In this document: piece after piece, positions 49,660 through 62,639 of the stretch
How the letters are laid out: each line of letters starts with the position of its first letter
Position numbering within the stretch: position 1 is the stretch's first letter
From: Mobula hypostoma
Taxonomy: Eukaryota
Length of the DNA: 64,000 bases
Direction of reading: 5' to 3'
Assembly: GCF_963921235.1 (NCBI RefSeq)
Contig: NC_086108.1
Span: 81,284,001 to 81,348,000, forward strand
Translations under genes and position numbers: made by a program
Notes under the pieces: generated by a model
Seen by the model: only the letters and a program-made list of their open reading frames with translations
Database searches by the model: none
What the model was told of the DNA's origin: nothing

Positions 49660-50075
49660 AGGACCACAGCTTTATTGTGGTTTGGAGACTTGCGTGCCTC
49701 AATGACCCAGAGAGCTGTTTTGGCTGGAGGTGGGTTTTATGCTTCGGCTCTCGGTAGGGTCACCCATGCCAAACAGGTCAAAGGGTAAAGGCCACTCTAA
49801 GAAGTGGGTCACTGGTCCTCCAGGTTTGGGGGCTCAGTTCAGGTCTAACAACCCTAAATGGTCAAACAAAACTGTTACGGAAACGGCAATGAAGATCCTC
49901 TACATCTGAGTGAGATGGTATTCCTGAGTCTCCACCCAGGGCTTGCATTATGACAGTAGTGAAAACCAAGAGGAAGCTACTGACACGATGAAGGAAGCCC
50001 TGAACAGCATCAGAGATGGAGGACCTTCACCGCTACCCTAAATGCCAGTGGCGTAATGGGAAAAAGGAAGAAGAA
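49660..50075 (+). mobile_element. Bipartite non-autonomous RTE-derived element (RTE 5' UTR fused to RTE 3' end)
   Basis: ggaccacagc...cttgcgtgcctcaatgac...agggtcacccatg...acaggtca resembles the RTE/BovB 5' UTR; ends in agagatggaggacc...gccagtggcgtaatgg and an (aag)n-like tail. Confidence 0.6.
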
Positions 50076-50111
50076 TATTCTGATATAAAACACCAGACGA
50101 TCATTCTAAGA

Positions 50112-50380
50112 CAAACAAGAGAGAATATGCAGGTGCAGGAAATCCAAGCAACACACACAAAATGCTGGAGGAACTCAGCAGGCCAGGCAACATCTATGGA
50201 AAAAAGTACAGTCAATGTTTCAGGCCAAGACCCTTCAGCAGGACTGGAGGAAAAAGATGAGAGGTAGATTTAAAAGGCAGGGGTGTGACAGAGAAACACA
50301 GGTGATAAGCGAAGCCAGAAGAGGGAGGGGTGAAGTAAGTAGCTGGGAAATTGATTGATGAAAGAGATACAGGGCTGGAG
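50112..50380 (-). mobile_element. PLE terminal fragment with mutated hammerhead core
   Basis: Minus strand reads CAGTC-CTGCTGA-AGGGTCTTGGCCT-GAAA-CATT-GACTG at ~50209-50246. Confidence 0.82.
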
Positions 50381-52612
50381 AGCTCGTTCTATGACTTCTA
50401 AATCATTTCAAAATTAGCCTGCGAAGGACACAGATGGAATGTAAACCGCACAAAGTGGAAAACCTGAGGTGTGGATTTATATTCTTTCAGATGAGCGGCA
50501 CAAAAGGTTGGTTATTTCTCACTTCGGATATCTAGTGCGAGTAGAAAGAAAAGAGGTGGAGGGTAATCACTGAGGATATGTTCCTGGATTTCTCCATTAG
50601 TGCAGGCCTAAAGTAGTGGTCCTAATGGAAATGTATCTTCTGATGGAAAGAAGCGGAAAGGGAGCAGTCAAGGTGTTGCAGCAAATGAACTCAATGTGTT
50701 CTCACTGCTCATTTAGTTATACGCCCACCCCAGAGACTCTTCACAAGTCCCCATCCAATGTCTCACTCCAAGGCCATCAGACATCAGTATTACTCCAGGC
50801 TAATGGCATGATCTGAACTGGCTACTTTAAACAGACCTTACCCATGGAGATTTCTGCAGCAAGGAGAAGGTGGTGCATATTAATAACGAAATCCTCAGGA
50901 AATTGTCCAGTTCCACTCCTTATTGTTGACTACAGTGCTTCAGTCCACATTTCAATGTATGATACGGTGGTGGAAGAAGAACATTTTTCCATTGTATTGT
51001 AGCTCCAAAGGTTTGCATCAATCAGCAATCACCAACGACCAATCAAGTCACTTACATCACAACATATTACAATTCTAACAAGCCTTGGATGAAGCAAAAC
51101 ATCCTCAAGCATTTTAAAGCAGCGCTGTCAAAGCAAAATTTGGAACATACCTGACCTTCATACAGAGGAGCAGAAGTTTGTGTGAAGGAGTTAGCTTCCA
51201 AGGAGTTTTAAAGGAACAGAAGCAATTAGAGAGTAGAAAGGTTTTGGGATGGGGGGGGGGGGTGCGCAGGCCAAGACAAGGCCGAAGAATTTAAAAGAAG
51301 CTAGAATGAAATATGTACTATTTACAAGCTGACTCACCTTGACCACCTGAAGAGTTCCTCCTAAACCACTATCAAAGCAGCAAATGTCTGGGAATATATC
51401 ACTTACAGCTCTCCCTCCAAGTCACACATCACTCTGATTTGGAAAAATACTATTGTTCTTCATCGTTTTGTTTCTACGTTTTGGAAACGGTTCCTAACAA
51501 CAGTGTGGTTAGTAACTTCAGCACGTCTGAAGAAGTTTAAGAAGATGACTCATGACCAGTTAGGGATAGACAATCAATTTAGGCTTTTCTTGAATCCCCA
51601 CTTATGAAAAATGAACGATAAATGGGATAAAACCCAATGTGGCATGATTAAGTGGAAGGTGTCTGAGAGATTGGAATTGGCAGGATCAGAGAGCCAGAGG
51701 TGGTTATGGAACCATGGAAAAGCGAAAAGGTTATGCCTCAGTTAGGGATACAACTGGAATGTTTTGTATGAGTTCAAGATTATAAAGGTGTGAGCTGGGA
51801 GGTTGACATAAAGATCATTGGAATGATTAGGCTTTGTGAAGTCATGAGACATAGGTGAGTATTTTAGCATTGGCAGTCATCATCTGTACTGAGAGCCTCT
51901 GCACAAACTTGTGCTTCATTATTTTATATCAGAATAATGTCATTGTGAAATGATTAATATCATTGTGGAAGTTACAGCATGCTGACTTTATCTTCAAGAT
52001 CCCCTTTGGGAATATTGCAAGTGCTGTGTGCACTTGTTACTGGCTTGTAGTTATTTAATCTCATTCACTTTCATGTATTGAGATGGCTTAGTTGAGGAAC
52101 CAATTCGTGGTCACATAGTCTTGTTTTAAGTAGCTTTTCCTGATAATGCACATGACATAATTTTTCTGGTTACAGTGTTGTAATGTTTGAAAGAATTGTT
52201 TGGCTAGTAATACTCAAATGAGGAACTAGTGCTGATCTTTAATGATCTCATCTACAATAAGATGTTGGATGCTTTGAAATGTACTGTCATTTTTAAGCTC
52301 ACTGAGTGTAAATGAATAAATTAATTCTCTTCAGGTATGTGTCCCAAAAACTGATTAACACTGAAAATAAATATTATGGAAAGGGTAGATATCTTGTACT
52401 GTATGTTAGACAATTTGTGAAATTGAGGAAAACATCCAGTTCACTAATGCTTGTCAGTACTAAGTGTAGATCGTCTGGGGGTTTGTCAGAGGTTACAACG
52501 GGACATTGATAGGATGCAGAACTGGGATGCAGTGGCAGATGGAGTTCAACCCAGATAAGTGTGAAGTAGTTCATTTTGGTAGGTCAAATTTGAAGACAGA
52601 ATGTAATGTTAA

Positions 52613-53860
52613 TTAGATTAAATTAGATTATGAGGACACACAGTTCTTTTTTATTGTCATTTAGTAATGCATGCATTAAGAGAGCCTCTACTACAGACAA
52701 GAGCAGCATCTCAACGCCTTCCATCTTCACAGCCTGAGATGCATCCTGGACATCACGTGGACTGACCGAGTCACCAACAATGAGGTCCTGGCCCGAGCCC
52801 AGATACCCAGCCTCTTCACCCTGCTCCAACAACGCCCTCTCCGCTGGCTGGGCCACGTACACCGCATGTCAGACGGGAGGATCCCGAAAGACCTGCTGCT
52901 CTGGCAAGAGAGCACAAGGGTGGCCCCATCTTCATTTCAAAGACGTTTGCAAGAGAGACATGAAGTCACTGAAAATGAACATCGAGAGGTGGGAGGACAT
53001 CGCAAGTGATCGCTCTCACTGGAGGCTGGAACTATGCAGAGGTCTAAAAAGAGGAGAAGAGAAGCTGAGGATCGCTGCTGAAGAAAAGTACACTTGTTGG
53101 AAAAACAGCACCAAGACAACACTGGAGGACAGTGCCTTCAAGTGACTCCCGTGTGGGACTCTACAGGCACAAAAGACGCTGTTCTAACGCAGACTGAAGC
53201 AAAACTTTCCAGGCGCAGATCCATGGTCTCGCGAGACTAACGGATGCCACCAATAGAAGAAATGATACAATATTCCTCCGGTGTGCTATCACAGAAACAG
53301 AGGACAGACCAAGACTGAAAAACTGACAAAAACCAGATAATTATAATATATAGTTACAACAGTGCAAGCAATACCATAACATGATGAAGAACAGGCCATG
53401 GGCACAGTAAAAAAAAGTTCAAAGTCTCTTGAAAGTCCCACATCTCACACAGACAGGAGAAGGAAGAAAACTCTCCATGCCATGCCCGACCACAGTCCGA
53501 CTCTGAGTTGTCCGAAAACTTCAAGCCTCCGACTAGCCCTCCGACACCGAGCACCGAGCACCATCTCTGCCGAGCGCTTCGACCTCAGCCCCAGCCGCCA
53601 GCAGTAGGCAAAGCCAAGGATTTTGGGGCCTTCTCTCCAGAGATTCTTGATCGCACAGTAGCAGCGGCAGCAAACCGGGCATTTCAGAAATTTCTCCAGA
53701 TGTTCCTTCATGCTTCTCACAGCTGTCTCCATCAAATCAGAATTGTGCACGGTACCCTATTTAACAAATACGATATCATTTCACCGGAGAAGCTGCGCGC
53801 ACTGCGTCGCGCCACCATCTTCTCCTCTCTCCATTATTAATGCATGCTCCTCCTTACCAT
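52613..53860 (-). mobile_element. Non-autonomous LINE-derived element (Rex-like tail, GC-rich 5' part)
   Basis: (ttaga)-type tail plus tttattgtcat at 52613-52660; the minus-strand 5' end has aagatggtggcgcg; no RT ORF. Confidence 0.55.
52681..53259 (+). mobile_element. RTE (BovB-like) LINE 3' fragment
   Basis: LNAFHLHSLRCILDITWTDRVTNNEVLARA...LRWLGHVHRMSDGRIPKDLL, then GKRAQGWPHLHFKDVCKRDMK...WEDIASDRSHWR. Confidence 0.88.
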
Positions 53861-55994
53861 TATTAATGGTAAGACTCTTGGCAGTGTGAAGGATCAGAAA
53901 GATCTTGGGGTTTGTGTCCACAGGACACTCAAAGCTGCTGTGCAGGTCGACAGTCTTGTTAAGAAGGCATATGATGTGTCAGCCTTCATCAACCATGAGA
54001 CTGAGATCAAGAGCTGTGAGGTAATGTTACAGTTGTATAAGACCTTTGTCAGACCCCACAAGGAGTACTGTTCAGTTCTGCTCACCTCACCAGAGGAAGG
54101 ATGTGGATACTGTAGAGAGGGTGCAGAGGAGATTTACAAGGACGTTGCCTGGATTTGAGAGCCTACCTTATGTGAATAGGTTGAGTGAACTTGGCCTTTT
54201 CTCCTTGGAGCAACGGAGGATGACAGATGACCTGATAGAGGTGTATAAGATGATGAGAGGCACTGGTTGTATAGATAGCCAGAGGCTTTTTCCCAGGACT
54301 GAAATAGCTAACAAGAGGGGGCATAGTTTTAAGGTGTTTGGAAGTAGGTACAAGGGGATGTCAGAAGTAAGTTTTTCACAGAGTGGTGTGGTGGGTGCAT
54401 GGAATGCACTGCCAGCGATGGTGGTAAAGGCAGATACAATAGGGTCTTTTAAGAGACTTTTAGATAGGTACGTGGAGCTTAGAAAATAGAGAGCTATGCG
54501 GTAGGGAAATTCTAGGCAGTTTCTAGAGTAGGTTACATGGTCAGCACAATGTTGTGGGCCGAAGGGCCTGTAATGTGCTGCAGGTTTCTATGTTTCTATG
54601 TAAGACTGGCGAATTCTTCATCATGATCGCTCTGTTCAACACTGGCACCCTGACTGTCGGGCTGGTATAGCTGGTACGGATGTAGCTGGTACATCAAAAC
54701 TTTCTAAAATGAGATGGGAGAAGATGCATTACTCTGAGACTCCTCCGTGTCAGAAAGGATTTTGATCCTGCCACATTTGGAGAGGAATTTAAATAAATAT
54801 GATTTTTTGTGTTTTTATATTAGTGAGGAAATACTCAGATTGTCATGAGATAGGGTATCCTCAAAGTTTTGCCAGTTTTATTCATGTGTGGCAATAACCA
54901 TGCAGAGTAAGAGTAGCACGCAGCTCGCATCATCATATCAAATGTGTAAACACATTCTTTAGATTTTATACTCTGAACATCATTATCTCCGTTTCCTTCA
55001 GTCACGGTGTGCTTGTTCACCACATCCAGCAGGTCAGCAATGCAAATCAGCCAAGAGACGTGAGCAGAACTGATGGAGCAAACCATCAGATTCTGTTGAA
55101 AGAATTCCAGAAATCGATAGCAATCAAAAGCAAGGCTGAGGTGGTTGTTTCAGAATCATAGAATGCAGAGAAAATGTGGGTCGCCTTCAAAATCCATTCA
55201 TAAAAATAACAGTTCATGAAATGTCTTCCCCTGAGCGAGTTTGTTTACTCTCATTAAATTACTAGTCACTAAGCACAAATATCACAAATTCTAAGACCTC
55301 AAGATACCCAAAATATGTCCTGTTTTTCTCCAAACTTGTAGTAACAGTGCAACATCATGGGCTACAAACTCAGTGTTATAGATCTTTCCCATTTGCATGA
55401 CAAATTGAATTTAGTGAGTAACATTTAAAAATAGATTAAATATTGCAAGTTAAGGGACCAATTTCAAAATCACTTGTCTATTAAAATAAGAAATCACTAG
55501 AAGAGGAAATAATACTGAAGTTGCCTAATCTATTGCCTAAGCAACATCAGCATTTACTGTATAATAGCCAGCAAATCCTCAAATAAGTTTCCTCAAGGTA
55601 ACTTATCCAAAACAAGAATTTTTTAAACACATCAGTTTTCAACACAAAGATGATGAAATAAGCAGGCATATTTCTTTAGCCGGAGGGTGATGAAAAGCCA
55701 AGTCATTGGGTGTATTTAATGCAGAGCTTGATAGGTTATTGATTATTAAGGGCATCAAGGGTTACGGGGAGAAGGCAGGAGAATGGCTGCATCATTGCCC
55801 CAATGTGTAGGATCGGAAGAGGCTGCAGATGGTTGCAATCTCAGCCAGCTCCATCCTCAGCACAACCCTCTCCACCACCGAGGCCATTTTCAAAAGCTGG
55901 TGCCTCAAGAAGGTGGCATCCATCATTAAGGACCCTCACCATTTGGGATATAGACTCTTCTCATTAATACCATCAAGAGACTGAAGATCGACAC

Positions 55995-58900
55995 CAGGGA
56001 CGGATCTACAGAAAATAGCGCCAATGTCAAGCACTGAAATTGCACTCCTGTCCAAACATCTGACACCCATCTTTTAGATAAGTTTACCATAATATCAGAT
56101 CAAAAATACAAGCCAAGCTCATTAATCTTTTAATTAACAAGTTATGGCACTACATGAAAATCGTAACTGCACCTTCCTTGCTTTCACTGATGCAAATTGG
56201 TCTATGATGTGATCAAAGTCAGTTTTTTCAATTTCTTCTCTGTCTACGCTCAGCAGAGCAAGATCACAGAGTCTGCCTTGACCCATGGAGGCTCTCAAAT
56301 ACGAAAGTATTAGTTTTAACTTGCTGAATGAACTCTCACAGCTGGCAATGGAAATTGCGATGGTTAGCATTATCTGAATAGCAATGCGAAGATTGGGGAA
56401 GATGCTCTCATCTCCATACTGAACAATAAATTCAAGAAGCTCTTCAGGTCTTGATAGCAACATTCTGCAACCCAAAATTTCTTCATATAGCTGCTGTCCA
56501 TCAACATCAGAGCTGTACAATTCACCCAAATTTTCGCACTTCTTTAGGTCGTTAGTGTTGGTGCTGTAACACAGTCCTTCGACATCGAGAAGGAACCCAA
56601 ACTTGGTGTCAGTGTTGTGCAAACGAGCGAACTTTTTGTCCATTTCTCTGTGAAGATGGTGGAGTGTTCACTTCATGACTCTTTCCATTTCCTCCTTCGC
56701 TGTTAACCCAGCGCCTCCCAAGTTCTCATCAGCCATTTGTTTCTTTCGTCTCTGACGTCTTTCGACTTCAATATTCTATTCTTGACAGAGACCGACTCCT
56801 TCTTCAAGTGACTCACTGACCAACACTTCTCTTTCAACATAAAAATGATCTCAGGGGGCTTTCAAATCCAGGGCATCATCGTGGAAGTTCATGCTATGAT
56901 CCTGCAGCCCTCTTTTGGATACAGTCAATGCGAATGAGTAATTTGTTCCAAAATCCTAGCAAAATCAGAAAATCGTAACTCAACTTGCGGTTGTACAGCT
57001 GCCTTGCATCACTTCTTGTTTCACTGGTCTCGTTTTTATTGTCTATCATGTCCTGGAGAACTTGAAGTATCTCCTCAAGGTACTTGTTGACGGGCTTCAC
57101 TGCTTCTGTCCTTGCACTCCACCTGGTTTCGGACTCCGAATTAACAACCACAGGCACGGCGTTTTTGAGTTTTTCCCAGCGCAGTGTTGAATGAGAGAAA
57201 AACACATAGAGAGTTTCGATGGTTCCAAAAAACGGGACCATCATTGTATTCTGTTGGCTGCATGTACACCCACCAAGTTGAGTGAGTGACTCTCACAATT
57301 CACAAACACTGCCAGGTTGTTTTTCTCACTTATTCTTTGATGAACAGCACTTCTGTGTCCAGCCATCACTGCAGCGTTGTTATAGCACTGTGACCAACAA
57401 TCTTGTAGCTCCATTTCGTCCTTCTCTAGCTGATTCAAGATGTCTTCAACCAAGCTCTCAGCATCCTTCTGGCTTATCTGGATAAAACCAAGGAGGGACT
57501 CTCTAACACGGACTGTTTTCATATCAGAATCAACTTCCACATACCTCACTATTTCTGACGTCTGCTCACAGTGTGCCTGATCAGGAGTCGAGTCGAGCAT
57601 GAGACCATAGTACTTGGCTTTACGAATGCTTCTCAGTAAACTTTGGTGAACAGTGGATGCCATCATGTGAATGAATTCGTTCTGAACACCCGGTGAAAGG
57701 TATGATGTGGATTCAGGACGACTTTCCAAATGAGTGAGGTGTTCTTTTATAACAGGGTCATAGATGGCCAGTAGTTTCAGTAAGCCAAGGAAATTTCCCA
57801 CATTGGAGTCATCGTCTAGCTGAAGTGACTCCCTGTGTCCTCGCAAAGCCAGGTTCTGAGTCGCAAGGAATTTTACGCAGTGAAGGATTCTCGTCAAGCT
57901 ATCACGCCACTTCTGCTTTTCCTCCTCAATCTGTGACTGAAATACCACGTCAATAATCCTCTGTTTCCAGCTAAATTTCTTTCCATTTCTTTCCACTGTG
58001 TGAAGCATTCCCGATGATTCTTGGCATTTTCATGAACACTAATCCTTTCAGGTGCTTTCCACTGTTTGAATCCACTTTCCTGCTCCAATGAGGATTCATG
58101 TTCTGACCGGGAACAGAGAAGACAACAGATACAAATTGCAGACTTTTTAGAAGGGGAATAGACCAGCCATGAACAAGTCACTTCCTCACCACGACCATTT
58201 CCCAATTTCCTCTTGAACCAAGTTTTGCTCATTGAGCGATTATTTGTTGTTTGGAAAGGCCCCTCACTGTTCTGGAAATACTTCAAACCCAGCTTTATTA
58301 TTTCTGTTCTCAACGTGTCAGGCAGAATTGCTTTTCCAGTATCCTTGTCGAACTTCAGAAGTCCAATGTCATGCTGTTCAATCACTTCTGGTATGATAGT
58401 TCGAGGCTCTTTGACACCATCCAGTTCACTAGGTTCAGTATCGTCAGGTTCAATCTCGTCAGGTAAAATCTCATCAATAAACTCAACATCACCACAACCA
58501 CTATCGTCTTCCCCTCCTGCCACGTCCACGTTCTCTGCGGCAGCCTCACTCTTAATCTCATCATACTCGGATTTATCTGACTTGACTTCCTCCTCGGCTT
58601 GTGACACATTTGTACTTGATCCACATTCGGATTATAACAAACTTGTAGCAAGTGAGCAGGTGCAGGCGACTCCATGGAACGTGTCGAACTACTTGTTCCG
58701 GGCTTTTCAAAGAAGGGCATGAAGAACTTGCTCAACTTCTTGGCTTCCTCCACCTCCAACTTTCGTCTCTTCCATCCTTCAGCTCCACTTTCCTTCTTCT
58801 TCGTGAAGAAACCTTTCATGGTCTTCTTACACAATACTCTGAAATAAGGCCATCCTAGAGCTTCTCACCCATGATAATCAAAGACAGATCATACATCTGA

Positions 58901-59030
58901 AGAAAATTCTTTTTTCACTATCCGAGGATGGCTTGTCTGACTTTAATAGAAACTGTTCAGTGGCGCCCCCCCCCCTTCAAGTGGCGCCCAAGACACATGC
59001 CATACCTGCCATACCTTAGATACACCACTG
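55995..59030 (-). mobile_element. Full-length hAT DNA transposon (Tip100-like), 3036 bp
   Basis: Ends CAGGGACGGATCTA and (reverse complement) CAGTGGTGTATCTA match 10/14; 8-bp TSD atcgacac (55987-55994) and atcgacat (59031-59038). Confidence 0.92.
56134..58819 (-). pseudogene. hAT transposase pseudogene (TTF-type Zn finger, DUF4371/ZMYM1-like region, C-terminal dimerisation domain)
   Basis: WLVYSPSKKSAICICC, NLALRGH, GNFLGLL, YLSPGVQNEFI, LDSTPD, CESHSLNL, TRWSAR, ASCESSFSKLKLILSYLRASMGQGRL; split over five ORFs. Confidence 0.92.
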
Positions 59031-59199
59031 ATCGACATTTAATATTGTAGGAATTGTTTTTTCTCCTCACCCGTCTGATTTCTGAACTGCCCATGAATCC
59101 ATGAACACAGTCTCATAATGCCTCTTTTGCACTATTTACTTATAATTTTTAAACTTCAGTGGAAATTCCTGTAGTGAAGAACTCTCGGGCAAGGAGCGT

Positions 59200-59470
59200 A
59201 GTTTCAGAACAGAATAGAGATAAGAAGGAATTTCTTTAGCCAGAGGGTGGTGAATCTGTGGAATTCATTGCCATTGATGGCTGTGGAGGCCTAGTCATTG
59301 GAAATATTTAAAGCGGAGGTTGATAGGTTCTTGATTAGTAATGGAGTCAAAAGTTACGGAGAGTAGGCAGGAGAATGGGGTTGAGAGGGATAATAAATCA
59401 GCCATGATGGTATGGCAGAACAGACTTGATGGACTGAATGGCTTAATTCTGCTCCGATGTTTTATGGTTT
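59200..59470 (+). mobile_element. CR1 3' fragment
   Basis: aggaatttctttagccagagggtggtgaatctgtggaattc and UTR. Confidence 0.88.
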
Positions 59471-59800
59471 AATATGTTGAAATATATCTAGGGAGAAACT
59501 CCACTGGCTTATTGAAATTAGACAGTCATGACGCCTGAGGTAATTTGGAGTGATTTCATTCAAGGAAAGCACAAAGATCAATTCAAGACAAAATCCTAGC
59601 AACTAAAATGTTTAAATCTAGACTTCTGCATGTAGGTTTCAAAAAAGTCCTTCACAAACTTAAGGACTCCGATGCTGAGCTTCTTCCAAGATGAGGGAGA
59701 TGCGATTGTGAATGCTTGCTCATTGTTTTATCTTAGCCTTGGCAACTGGGGAAATCTTGATTACTTGTCACTGTGGTCCTTGACAGTTTGATGGTGTCTC

Positions 59801-59897
59801 ACACACAAAACATGTTGGAAGAACTCAGCAAGTTAGGCAGCATCTATGGAGGGGAATAAACGGTTAACGTTTTGAGCCGTGACCCTTTATCGGACTT
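59801..59897 (-). mobile_element. Solo PLE terminal fragment with decayed hammerhead
   Basis: gaactcagcaagttaggcagcatctatgga...aacgttttgagccgtgaccctttatcggact. Confidence 0.75.
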
Positions 59898-60419
59898 GAT
59901 TCTCATCATCTTTTTCAATATCACCATCCTTCAATAGCAAAGGAGGGTGGAAGCTAACAATTGACTCAATAATGTGAGGAAAAAAACTGGCATTTTCTTC
60001 ATTACCACTGGGTTGATGTACAGGGACACCTTATTCATCAGCAATGTGGGATCACCTTAATCAGAATGAGTGCAACTGTATTACCGCCTTTTTAAGGGCA
60101 CTCATGGCTAAGTAGTTAAACTGGCCTTGGCAGTGACACCCACAAAAAATAACAGAAATGCTTTGGGAGGCTGGAGGCAGAAAGGTGGAGTGGCAAGCAG
60201 GGTTTCAGGTTGCAAAAATAGGGGAAGATGTTTTATAATTTAAGTAATTGCTACTAGGAGAATTATAATATAGTACTGCAACACTGCATTGCAGTTCTTT
60301 TGGACAGAAAGTAGGCGCTCAAAGCCAATTCCCCACTCTTTGAAGTTACACAAGTGGCGATTCCAGGTGATTTGATAATGTTCCAGAGTGGTAGAGTCAC
60401 AGAGAGCTACAGTGAAGAA

Positions 60420-62490
60420 TCAGGGCCTTTAGAATATCAAGTCTGAGCCAACTTGGTCTTCTGCCTCATCCCATATATCTGCACCCAGACCATAGCCCTC
60501 CATATCCTCTCATCCATGTACCTATCCGAGTTCAAGCTCAGGTTCAGTGTATAGTCATTCAACCGCACACATGTAAACCGCCAAACCAAAGAAAAGTTCC
60601 TCCGGGCCAAGGTGCACCAGTGCACCACACAGCACATTTAACCCACACACACAACACATTAAGTAATATTACCACAAATAAATTAACAAATAATACAGTG
60701 TATTTATGACACAAGTTAAAGAGTTTCATAAGTGATGAGACCTGGGTGGTGGTAGGGAGTTCTGAGTCTTCCAGCCTGGGGGAAGAAGCTATTTCCCATC
60801 CTAACAGTTCATGTCCTAAAGCTACAGTACCTCCCTCCCTGATGGTAGGGTGTCAAAGAGATTGACAGACAGCTGGGAGGGATCACTGACAATGCAAAGG
60901 GCCATGCGAACGCAGCACTTCTGATAGGGATCAGTGAAGGGTGGAAGAGAGACACTGAATGGTCGTCTCAGCAGTCATAGAAACATAGAAAACCTACAGC
61001 ACAATACAGGCCCTTCGGCCCACAAAGCTGTGCTAAACTTGTCCTTGCCTTAGAACTACCTAGGCTTACCCATAGCCCTCTATTTTTCTAAGCTCCACAT
61101 ATCCATCCAGGAGTCTCTTAAAAGACCCTATTGTTTGGGCCTCCACCACTGCTGCCAGAACTTGATGCAGCTGGTCAGGAGAGTCTTGATGGCGTTCCTG
61201 TAAAAACTTGTTAGAATGTGGGGGGTGGGGGGAGGAGGGGCGGGGTAAGGGGATAATGGGAATGAACTTTCCACTACCTATCAAATGCTCCGAATGGCAT
61301 GTGTCTCAAATAGCCTCTGGCAATTATCGAACTCCTGGCCTTCACGTGTGGTTTAGCTACTAGGCCCAGCAGAACTGTTTCTATTGACAGGCGAAGGGAC
61401 AAAGGCAGGTTACTGGCACCTTAAAACCAGTCACTCCAGGCACTTGTGGATCGTCAACTGTGGGTGTCAGTGTATCTAGGAGAAGGAAAACTCTGATCTC
61501 AAACTTCCGCTGCCTAGCGGCTATACCCACTCATGCGGAAGGCTTCGGGAGTAAACTCTGAGAAAAAGTCCGGAACTTTAGTCCCTAAGGCAGTCGGCAT
61601 TGAGTTCAACGCTGACTGGCAATTCCTGTGACGTCACTGGTGGCAAACTGTATCAGTCTCTACCGTTCCTTTGGGTTCATCAACTGCGTGGAGAGAGGGA
61701 GCTTGCTCTTCATATTGTACTGCCCTGGCTTGCGTATTGGCTTCTGTATATGTAGACAGCTTGAATGCAACATCATGGTTGACCCTGACCAATGGAGATT
61801 ATGGGGGTTGGGGGATCCTCACTCATCTCAGTCTCCTTGGGAAGTGGAGATGCCACTTTGCTTTCTTGACCAAAGAGGTGGCATTGATGGGCTAGGTGTG
61901 ATGCCTGAAGGGACAGGGGACTGTTCCAGAGAGATGCTGAAGGTGTCTGGTAGAACCTCTATTAACTGGGCTGCACAGTTACTCATCAACCGACAATTAT
62001 CAGCCCTCACAGCTTTACATAGTTTGACTTGGTTTGCCTCATGGTGATCTCCTCAGTGCACTTCTCTATGTAGCCAGTCACAGATCTCACATATTCATCG
62101 ATGATAATGGGATGGTCATAGGTATGTCCCCTCCCTGAACATGTCCCAATCCGTGTTTTCAAATTTTTCTTAAATGTTACAAAGGAACCGCACCCACAGT
62201 TTCCACTGGCAGCTTGTTCTAAACTTGCAACATCCCCTGTGAAGAACCTCCCCCTTAAACATTCCACTTCTCATCCTCAACCTATGACCTCTAGTTCTAG
62301 ACTCGCCCGATTTGAAAGGAAAAAGCCTGCAAGTATTCACACTATCTATGCCCTCATAATTTCATATACTTCTATATGATCTCCTGTCGTTCTCCTGCGC
62401 TTCATGGAATAAAATCCTAACCTATTCAACTTTCCTCTATAAGTCAAGTTCTCAAGTCCCTGCAACATCCTTGTAAATTTTTGCACACTG
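60420..62490 (-). mobile_element. Cluster of interleaved CR1 and Rex1-like remnants
   Basis: CR1 tails at ~60420-60530, 60977-61155 and 62140-62490; Rex-like pieces at ~60530-60976 and 61770-62130 (AAQLIEVLPDTFSISLEQSPVP). Confidence 0.7.
61248..61765 (+). mobile_element. Probable RTE-type 5'-UTR-derived non-autonomous element
   Basis: GC-richer block with ctaggagaaggaaaactctgatctcaaac and ggcttcgggagtaaac; no ORF. Confidence 0.4.
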
Positions 62491-62639
62491 AAGTCTGAAA
62501 TACAAATGAGTTAAACTGCATATTCTTATAGTATGGTTTGATGTGAAGCTGGTGTTGGAGTTGTCCTTATTCAATCCATTCATCATTTGAGAGACATAGA
62601 TACAGTTCTACAGTTCCATTCCAATTTCCATTGCTGTCT

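Larger units (their letters stand above)
52460..54600 (+). mobile_element. CR1 fragment (52460-52612 and 53861-54600) hosting a double nested insertion
   Basis: WQMEFNPDKCEVVHFG before the break; INGKTLGSVKDQKDLGV, VERVQRRFT after it. Confidence 0.9.
55790..59150 (+). mobile_element. Rex1-like 3' remnant (55790-55994 and 59031-59150) split by the hAT insertion
   Basis: tgcctcaagaaggtggcatccatcattaaggaccc before the hAT; atttctgaactgcccatgaatccatgaacac after it. Confidence 0.75.

Noticed and set aside
54835..55086. 83-aa minus-strand ORF in unique sequence
   Set aside because: No recognisable homology and no strong flanking splice signals; length is within chance expectation.
58213..58722. 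169-aa Ser-rich plus-strand ORF
   Set aside because: Antisense shadow of the acidic region of the hAT transposase.
56134..58834. ZMYM1-like host gene
   Set aside because: It is enclosed by TIRs and a TSD, intronless and frameshifted, so it is a transposon copy.
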